In this document: piece by piece, positions 54,082 through 64,000 of the stretch | Position numbering within the stretch: the first letter of the stretch is position 1 | How the letters are laid out: the number at the start of each line of letters is the position of its first letter | Assembly: GCF_009914755.1 (NCBI RefSeq) | Contig: NC_060935.1 | Reading direction: 5' to 3' (one strand) | Source: the human T2T-CHM13v2.0 reference genome, Homo sapiens | DNA length: 64,000 nucleotides | Program-made: the position numbers and the translations under genes | Notes under the pieces: model-generated | What the model saw: only the letters and a program-made list of their open reading frames with translations | Told to the model about the DNA's origin: nothing | The model's database searches: none

Positions 54082-57000
54082 CTATTAATCTGTAGATGAG
54101 CACTTAGGTTGATTCCATATCTTGGCTATCATAAATAGTGAAGCAATAAATGTGGGAGTAAAGTAGCTCTTTGTCATATTGATTTTATTTTCTTTGAATA
54201 TATTCCCAGTAATGGGATGGCTGAATCATATGGCAGTTATATTTTTAAAATAAAAGTAAAGAGGTTTTGAGGAACATCTTTACTGTTTTTTTAAATGACT
54301 ATAATAATTTACATTCCCACCAGCGATGTGCAAGGGTTTCTTTTTCTCTACATTCTCACCAACAATTCTTATCCTTTGTGTTTTTGATAATAGCAAATTT
54401 AACAGGAGTAAGGTCATATCTCATTGTGGTTTTGATTTGCATTTCCCTGGTGACTGACAATTTTGAGTATTTTGTACATACCTGTTGGCCATTTTTTATG
54501 TCTTCTTTGATAAATGTCTATTAGGAGTTTTTGCCCATGTTTAATTGGGTTGGTTTTGGTTTTTTGCTATTAAGTTATTTGGGTTCCTTATGCATTCTGG
54601 ATATTAATGCCTTAACAGATGTAGATTTTGCATGTATTTTCTCTCATTCTGTAGATTGTCTCTTCCCTCTGTTGTTTGTTTCTTTTCCTGTGGAGATGCT
54701 TTTTAGTTTGTAATAATTTCATAGTAATAATTTAGTAGTAATTCCATATGTCTATTTTTGCTTTTGCTGCCTGTGCTTTTGTAGTCTTATCCAATAATTT
54801 CTTCCCCAGTCCAATTCCATGAAGCATTTCCCTTGTTATTTACTAGTAGTTTCATAGTTTTGGGTCTCACGTTTAAGTTTTTAATTCATTTAGAATGGCT
54901 TTTTGTTTACTCTGAGAGATTGGGGTCTAGTTTCATTCCTTTGCTTGTGAATATCCAGTTTTCTCAGCACTATTTTTTGAGTGACTGTTATTTCTTCAAT
55001 GTGTGTTGTTGGCAACTTTGTTGAAAATCAGTTGTCAGTAAATGCATGGATTTATTTATGGTTTCTCTATTCTGTTCCATGGGTCTATGTGTCTATTTTG
55101 ATGTCAGTATCATGCAGCTTTATCACTATATGTTTATAATATAATTTGAAGTCAGGTAGGGCGATGCTTTCATTTTTGTTCTTTTTGCTCAAAATTGCTT
55201 TGGCTATCTGGGGTCTTTTGTATTTTCAATATAAATTTTAAGATTTTATATACTATTTCAGTGAAGAATGTCATTGGTAATTTGATAAGGATTATATTGA
55301 ATCAGTAGATCACTTTGGGCAATATGGCCTTTTTATCAATATTAATTCTTCCACTTCATGAACATGTGGGATTTCTTTATTTCTTTATGTTTTCAATTAC
55401 TTTTATCAATGTTTTATCGTTTTCATTGCAGGGATTTTTCAGGTCCTTGGTTAAGTTTATTCATGGATATTTTTAGTCAATTTTATCTGTTTAAAACCCA
55501 GCTCTTCATTTTGTGGATACCTTGTATATTTTTTAGTCTCTATTATTTTTATTTCTGCTTTAAACTTTATTATGAATTTTCCTCTCCCTGTTTTGGGTTT
55601 TTTCCTTGTTTTTCTAGTTCCTGGAGGTGAAGCATAGGTTATTTATTCAAGATCTTTATACTTTTTAAATGTAAATGATTACATTTACATTTGTAATGTA
55701 CAAATGTACAAACTTTCCACTTAGAACTGCTTTTACTGCATTTCATAGGTTTTGGTATTTTGTGTTTCCAATTTCATTCGTCTTAAAGACATTTTAAGTT
55801 TCCTTTTTTAATTTATTCATTTACTCATGAGCATATGTTCATGAGCGTATTGTTTAATTTTCGTATATTTATAATTTCAAAGTTTATTCTATGATTGATT
55901 TCTAGTTATTCCATTGTGGTTAAAAAAGATTCTTCATATAATTCTGATTTTTAAAAAATGTGTTAAAGCTTATTTTGTAGCATAACATATGGCTATCCTG
56001 AAGAATATTCTATGTGCTGATGAGAAAAGTGGGTATTCTGCAGCTTTTGGGTGGAATGTTATGTAAATGTTTGTTAGGTTCATTTTGTCTAGAGCAGTTT
56101 AACTTCAATATTTATTGGCTGATTTTTGATATGAATAATCTGTCCATTGCTGAAAATGGGGTGTGGAAGTCCCCTATTATTATTATACTACAGTATATAT
56201 TTAAGTACTCCAGTGATGGGTGCATATATATTTGCAATTGTTATATTCCACTGCTATATTGACTCTTTTATCATTATATAATGACCTTCTTTGTCTTTTT
56301 ACCATTTTTCACGTAATGTCTATTTGATCTGCTGTAAATATAGCTACTCCTGCTCTTTTAGGTTTTAATTTGCCTGGAATACCTTTTTCATCCCTTCATT
56401 TTCAGTTTATTTGCATATTTATAGGAAAGTAAATTTTCTGTAGGCAGCATATAGTTGAGTCTTTTTTTTTCAAATCTAGTCCGTCACTAAGTGTCTTTTA
56501 ATTGGTTGTTATTGATAGGTAATGGCTTACTACTGTCATTTTGTTGCTTGTTTCCTGGTTGCTTTGTAACTTCTTTCTTCCTTTCTTATGTCTTCCTTTG
56601 TGCTTAAGTGATTTTATCTGGTTTATTTTCTTCCTTTTTATTCTCGATGTAACCTACAATAATAGTTTTTCCCTTGTGGTTACAGTGAGGCTTACCAAAA
56701 ACATCTTAGAGTTATAACAAATTATTTTTAACTAATGACAGCTTACCATTGATCACAAAATATAAAGAAAACAAACAAAAACTATAAAAAAAACCCTCTA
56801 CATTAACTCCATTTCTCCTACATTTTGACTTGTCTCAATTTTCGTATATTTATATTATCTGTTCAATTATTGTCTTTTTTATAGTTACAGTTTTGCCTTT
56901 AGTCTTTATACTTTAAAGATATTAGTGATATACACACCACAATTACACTGAGAGTATTCTGAATTTGTATACTTACTTTTACCAGTAAGTTGTATCCCTG

Positions 57001-59224
57001 AAGATGTTTTCTTGATACACTTTATCATCTTTTTCTTTCAGAATTAAGAACTTGCTTTTACTTGTAAGAGAGGTGTGGTGGTGATGATTTCCCTCAGCTT
57101 TTCTTTGCCTGGAAAAGTCTTTATTTCTCATTCATGTCTGAAGGATAGATTTCTTAGATACAGCATTATTTGTGGTGAGGTATTTCTTTTCTTGTTTTTT
57201 GTTTTCTTTCATCATTTTGAATGTTTTCCCACTGTCTCCTGTCCTTCCTCTGAGAAGTCTGCTGCCAGGCATGTTGGAGCTTCTTTATATGTTATTTGCT
57301 TCCTTTCTCCTGTTTTTAGAATCCTATCTTTTTCATTGACTCTTGAGAGTTTGATTATTATGCTCTTGAAGTAGTCTTTTTTTGTTTGAATCTAACTGGC
57401 AATCTTACACCTTCCTATAGTTAGATATATATATACATTTCTCTCTAGGTTCAGAAAGTTTTCTCTTTGAGTTAAACTTTTTACCACCACCCTTCCTTTT
57501 TTCACTTCCTCTTGAAGGCCAGAAACTCTTAAATTTGCTCCTTTGATGCTATGCCATGGGTCTTATAAGCTTTCTTTGTTCTGTTTTGTTCTCTTCAGAC
57601 CATATATTTTCAAATTGCCTGTCTTCAAGCTCACACATTCTTTCTCCTTTTTGATGTATTCTGCTATTGAGACCCTCTAATGCATTTTTCAGTTATTTAT
57701 TCTATTTTTCAGCCCCAGGAATTATGTTTGATATCTTAAAAATCATTTTAACCTCTTTCTTAAATTTCTCTAATAAATTTCTGAACGATTTCTCTGTACT
57801 TTCTTAAAGTTCATCAAATTTCTTAAAATAGTTATTCTAAATTCCCCAACTGACCGATCACATATCTCCATCTCTTAAGAGTAAGTTGCTAGCACTTTAT
57901 TTAGTATGTTTGGCTAGGACATATTTTCTTAAATGTTCTTGATGCTTATGGATGTGCATCAATGTCTGAACACTGAAGAATTGTACATTTACTCTAGTCT
58001 TCACAGTCTGTCCTTGATTGTACGTGTCCTTCTTCAAAGAACTTTCCAGGAATTCATAGGGGACTGACTGTTTAGTTTCCTAAGTCCATGATCACTGCGG
58101 CAGTTTCAGCCCTGGAGGATAATTGTTTATGAAATTATCTCACAGTATGTGAGGTCACTAAATCAATGAGCCTGCAGGGACACCAGAAGAAAGTGTACTG
58201 GATTCCCAAAGTCCCTCTCTCATTTTCCTTTCTCTCCATCAAGTGGAGGGAGTCTCTCTCTTCACTGTGTTTCCTGGGGCTGGGCAAGGATTATGTAGGC
58301 AATGTGACACTATCCTTTCTATCCTTTTCAATGTGCCTTTTCTTACTATTATTCTAAAACCAGGTACTATAATCTCTCATTTTGTTTTCTAGCTTTTGTG
58401 AATGTGTTTTCTTGCATAGATATTTGTTCAAATTGTTCTTTCTTTGTGTATGTGGGAGAAGGGGCACTCACTGGAGGGTTCTTTTCCACCGTCTTGCTCT
58501 ACCTCCTCATAATGTTATTTCTTAATGAAAGTTTTACTATTGACCAAAAAAAATCGGATCAACAACTTTGAATGCGTAGTAATTAAACACAAAGTACAGT
58601 GTAACATAAAATATTTCTTTACTGCATTAACAATTAAAGAAACAATTTTGTTTAAATATCATATAAATACAACAAATTGCCTATACCATACGTGTAGAAC
58701 TTAAATTTCTCATAAACTAGACATGGCTATGTTAAGTTTCATCAATATTAAACACTACCTCAGGTGTTTTAGATCAATGTTCATGGTTTGTCCACTTCTC
58801 CTTACCACCCAAATCACAAGCACTATGTTGACATTTAGAATCACAGATTTGTTTTTACACCTTCCAGATTTCATAAAAGTTGTACCATATCACATGTACT
58901 CATTTGTCTCTCATTTATCACTGAATTTATATTTGTAGTTTCTTGAAATTTTGCATTTTGTGGTAACTAATTCATTGTCATTGAGTTACAGTATTCCATT
59001 ATGTGAACAGACCACAGTTCATTGGTCTAATTTACTGCTGATGGGCATTTGAGTTAATTTATAGTTTGGGATTATCATTAATTGCTTTTTTGAATAATTA
59101 AAATCTGACTTTTAATGAAATGGAAGTTTATTGAGTATACACTAAGAAGTGGAATTTCTGAATCATAGACAATATTTGCAATCTGCTTCTTTATGCAATG
59201 CCAAAAAATTTTCCAAGGTGGTTG

Positions 59225-59630
59225 TGCACTGAACTAAATTATTGTGTACCTTCAAAATTTATACATTGGAGCCCTAACCTCCAATGTGGTTATATTTGTG
59301 TAAGGAAGGAATGAAGTTGATCTGGGGTCATTAGAAGTGTAGGCCCTTATTTTACAGAAAATTAGTGTCTTAATGAACAGGGACACTAGAGAGCTTGCTT
59401 TTTCTGTCTCCAGACATACCAAGAAAAGGCCTTCTGAGAACATAGTGAAAAGGCTACTGTTACAAGCCAGGAAAGAAGCCATCACTAGAAACTAAACTTA
59501 CTGGCACTTGATCATGTATCTTGCGTCCAGAACTGTGAGAAAATAAATGTCTGTTGTTTAACCACCCAGTTATGGTTTTTTTGTTTCGTTTTGTTGTGTT
59601 GTGTTTACTCAGCCCAAACAAATAAAGGCA
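59225..59630 (+). mobile_element. MLT1A-like LTR nested in an old L1ME
   Basis: gccctaacctccaatgtg...tccagaactgtgagaaaataaatgtctgttgtttaaccacccag. Confidence 0.78.
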
Positions 59631-60033
59631 GGTTGTACTAATTTTAACTCCCATCAACAATGTATGAAGGTTTATTTATTTGTTTATTTAACCTTTTATT
59701 TTCATAGGTTTTTAAGGCACAGGTGGTATTTTTTTACATGAGTAAGTTCTTTAGTGGTGATTTGTGAGACTTTGGTGCACCCATCACCAGAGCAGTATAC
59801 ACTGAATTTAATTTGTAGTCTTTTATCCCTCACCTCCTTCCCACTCTTTCCCCTGAGTCTCCAAAGTCCATTGTATCATTCTTATGCATTTGCATCCTCA
59901 TAGCTTAGCTCCCACTTATGAGTGAGAACATACGATGTTTGGTTTTCCATTTCTGAGTTACTTCACCTAGAATAATAGTCCCCAGTTCCATCCAGATTGC
60001 AAATGCCATTAATTCATTCATTTTTATGGCTGA

Positions 60034-60380
<347 letters not shown>

Positions 60381-60844
60381 CACAATTTCTTTATCCACTT
60401 GTTGATTGATGGGCATTTGGACTGGCTCCATATTTGAGCAATTGTGAATTGTACTGCTATAAACATGCTTATGCAAGTATCTTTTTCATATAATGGCTTT
60501 TTTTCCTCTGGGTAGATACACAATAGTGGGATTGCTGGATCAAATGGTAGTTCTACTTTTAGTTATTTAAGGAATCTCCACATTGTTTCCCATAGTGGTT
60601 GTACTAGTTTACATTCCTACTAGCAATGTAGAAGCATTCCCTTTTTACTGCATCCACGCTGACATTATTATGTTTGATTTTTTGATTATGGCCATTCTTG
60701 CAGGAGTAAGGTGGTATCACATTGTGCTTTTGATTTGCATTTCTCTGATCATTAGTGGTGCTGAGTTTTGTTTCGTATGTTTGTTGGCCATTTGTATATC
60801 TTCTTTTGAGAATTCTCTATTTATTTCCTTAGCCCACTTTTTGA

Positions 60845-61113
<269 letters not shown>

Positions 61114-61844
61114 TGTTTGGTTTTTTCTTGCTAATTTGTTTGAGTTTGCTGTAGATTCTGAATATTAGTCCTGTGTTGTATGTATAGATTATGAAGATTT
61201 TCTTCCAATCTCTGGGTTGTTTATTCTGCTGACTGGTTTTTTGTTTGTTCTTTGCTGTGCAGAAGCTCTTTAGTTTAATTAAGTCCTACCTATTTAATTT
61301 TTTTTTTTTTTTTGCATTTGCTTTTGGGTTCTTGGTCATAAAGTTTTTGCATAACTCAATGTATAGAAGGGTTCTTCCGAAGTTCTCTAATAGAATTTTC
61401 ATAGTATGAAGTTTTTAATTTTTTGGCATACTTGCCAATGCTTGGTGTATTTCATCTCTTCCATTTAGTCCTTGAGGAAAATAAATAGTTAAATCACGCT
61501 GTGATTTTGATTTTGATTTTCATTTTTCTTGTGACCAATAAAGTTATTTAAGTTTCCGTTTACTTATTGGCCATTTGGGTATTTACTCTTTTATAAATTG
61601 TTGTAAATATTTGCCCATTGTTTAATTGAATTATTTTTGTTGTAATAGTTGTAAATATTTTTTCAATTTCAATTATTAACCATTCTTTGACTGTGTAATA
61701 ATATTTTTCTTTAAGAAAATGCCTCCATTTTAGTTTCTATTTGAATTTGTTAACCTTGTTATGCCTTATGGTTTTTGAGTCTTAGCAAATATTCCTGCTT
61801 TCTAAAATAGTTAAAAATTCTCACATTTGTTTTCCTATATTTTT

Positions 61845-62840
61845 TCCATTTTTATTGTAGTAAAAACACATAAAATAACATTTGCTATTTTGAACCTTTA
61901 GTAAGTGTACAGTGGTATTAAGTACATTCATATTTTCATGCCAACATCATCACCATTCCTCTCCAGAGTCCTTTCAACTTGCAAGACTAAAACTCTGTAC
62001 CAATTAAATAACAACTGCCCATTTTCAACTCCCACCATCCTCTGGAAACCACCATTCTGTTTTATTTCTCTGCGATTAAACTGTAAGTACCTTATTTTGT
62101 GATTCATTTATTTTACTTAGTGTAATGTTCTCCGTGCTCATATATGTTGTAACGTGTCAGAATTACTTTTCTTTTTAAGGATAAATCATATTCAATTCTA
62201 TATATGTACCACATTTTGCTTATCCATTCATTTTTCAATGGGAACTTGGGCTGCATCCATGTCCTAGCTCTTGTGATTAACACTGCCATGAACATGAGTG
62301 TACAAATATCCTCTGAACTCCTGCTTTCACATCTTATAACTACATACCTAAAAGTGGAATTCCATAACTTTCTGTACCATTTTACCTCCTCACCAATAGT
62401 TCAGAAGGCTTCCAATTTCTCCACAGTCTTTTCAACACCTATTTTATGTTTTTTTTCCTCTTGATAGCAGTCATTCTCATTGGTGTAAGGTGATTCCTGA
62501 TTGTACTTTTGATTTGCCTTTCCCTAATGATTAATGATTTTGAATATCTTTTAATGTGCTTATTGGATATTTGTATTTATTTTTGGAGAAATGTTTATTC
62601 AAATCCTTTGTCTATTTTTAAACCAGATTGTTTGTTTTACTGAGTTTTGAGTCCTCTATGTATTTTGATATTAACCCATTATCAGATATATGATTTGCAA
62701 AACTAGTTTTCCCATTTTGTAGGGTGCCTTTTTACTCTGTTGATACTGTTTTAATATACAATTTAAAAAATGTTTATAAAGACCAAATTATCCATCTTTT
62801 CTTTTGTTGCCTGTGCTGTTGATGTCATATTTTCTAATAC
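61845..62840 (-). mobile_element. L1MB-like 3' fragment
   Basis: aagtgtacagtggtattaagtacattca...ctggaaaccaccattctg...ccattatcagatatatgatttgcaaa. Confidence 0.8.
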
Positions 62841-63386
62841 ATTTTTATTTTCTTTTTATTCAATACTGGTGTTTTTGAGTCTACTGGAATTTTTTCTAGT
62901 GTTAATAACATTAAGGTTATTAACCATCCCCAAATTTAGGAAACCCCCTTTTCCTTACACTTGCATTTTAATTTACATGCCATTTAACCCCTGCAATTGT
63001 GTGTTCTGCTTTCCTCCTTCTAGATTGTAAGTTTCTGGAACAATAGAAACTTATTCCCTAAAATCTATTTTATGTATTTATTTTAAAATGCCTAATATAT
63101 ATAAATGTCTTGATAAGTATTTATTAAGCAAATAAAACTTGTATATTTATTTATAGAAATAGAAAGTAAATCTTTGCTTAACATAAGTATTACTCATCAA
63201 TTCTCAGACATGAAGTAACACAAAACATTGTTTTGTAAGATCTAAGATAAAAATGCTGATGAAATAATTGCCTAATCATATTTTATTATTTAGGATTCAT
63301 TATCTACTTATATGTTTATATACAGTTGTATCATTTCTATGCAAATATGAAAAAGTAAAATATAAACAAAATCAGTTGTTTAAGGC

Positions 63387-63604
63387 AGGGTCCAGCAAAC
63401 ATTTTCTGTAATGAGTCATAGTAAATATACTTTGCTGTGCAACCATAATGTCTCCATCACAACTCCTCAAAACTGCCATTGTAAAACAAAAACAGCCATA
63501 GACAATATGTAAACCAATATATATGGCTGTGTTCAAGTAAACATCTATTTATTAAAACAAGTGGGAGGTGGATTTAGATCATGGACCATACTTAGCAAAC
63601 CCTT
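63387..63604 (+). mobile_element. MER58A hAT-Charlie MITE
   Basis: cagggtccagcaaacattttctgtaa...cagccatagacaatatgtaaac...ggctgtgttc...gcaaacccct. Confidence 0.82.
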
Positions 63605-63766
63605 AAGTTAAAAAATTTTTTTCAACAATTACTTTCACATTCAAAATCTTCAGAATTATTATTTGGCTCAAAGCCATCAATGTCTGTATTTTCCATATAA
63701 TATCTTTTGGCCCATCAAAATATTTTTGATGCAGCAGTGTTGCAAAAAAATGATCCATATAGTCTA

Positions 63767-64000
63767 CAGCAACACTGTGCAATAGAAATACAATGTGAGC
63801 TATGTGTGTAATTTTAAGTTTTCTTATTACTACATATAAAATTGTAAAACCGATGAGATTTATTTTTATAATATATTTTACTTAAGCAAATTTATTCAAT
63901 ATTTTATCATTTCAACGTGTAATATATATTAAAAAATTGTACTGAAATATTTATATTATTTTTACATACTATTATATACTGTATTTTGAAATTCTGTATT
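63767..64000 (+). mobile_element. MER33-like MITE, cut by the window edge
   Basis: ctgtgcaatagaaatacaatgtgagc...aatatattttacttaa...tatcatttcaacgtgtaat. Confidence 0.75.

Noticed and set aside
54267-57374. Hydrophobic Phe/Leu/Ile-rich ORFs resembling membrane proteins
   Set aside because: Antisense reading of A-rich L1 ORF2 produces such peptides by composition

Overview
Repeat-dense, AT-rich primate genomic DNA (AluY, L1PA, THE1 and MER85 are present, so catarrhine and most likely human), intergenic or deep intronic. I find no credible host protein-coding exon, RNA gene or CpG island; the supplied ORFs are chance frames in Alu, L1, LTR or low-complexity sequence, apart from decayed retroviral gag and env remnants. 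The main structures are: (1) a two-LTR non-autonomous ERV1 provirus on the minus strand (LTR1/HUERS-P2-like, 3191-7331) with 4-bp TSD, tRNA-Pro PBS, PPT and a gag relic; (2) a four-level nest: sense L1M > antisense L1MC/MD > two-LTR MaLR provirus > FLAM and L1PA; (3) a second two-LTR ERV1 provirus on the minus strand (MER51-like, 38999-46152) with 4-bp TSD, a 17/18 tRNA-Arg PBS and an env relic; (4) an end-to-end but internally deleted L1MA-type element with TSD (52986-58506); (5) many solo LTRs, Alus, DNA-transposon MITEs (including a piggyBac-derived MER85) and microsatellites. The least routine observation is a set of small fold-back (snap-back) templated insertions inside old repeats. I cannot support a claim of a new biological system here. 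Subfamily names come from recalled consensus sequences and need Dfam/RepeatMasker confirmation.
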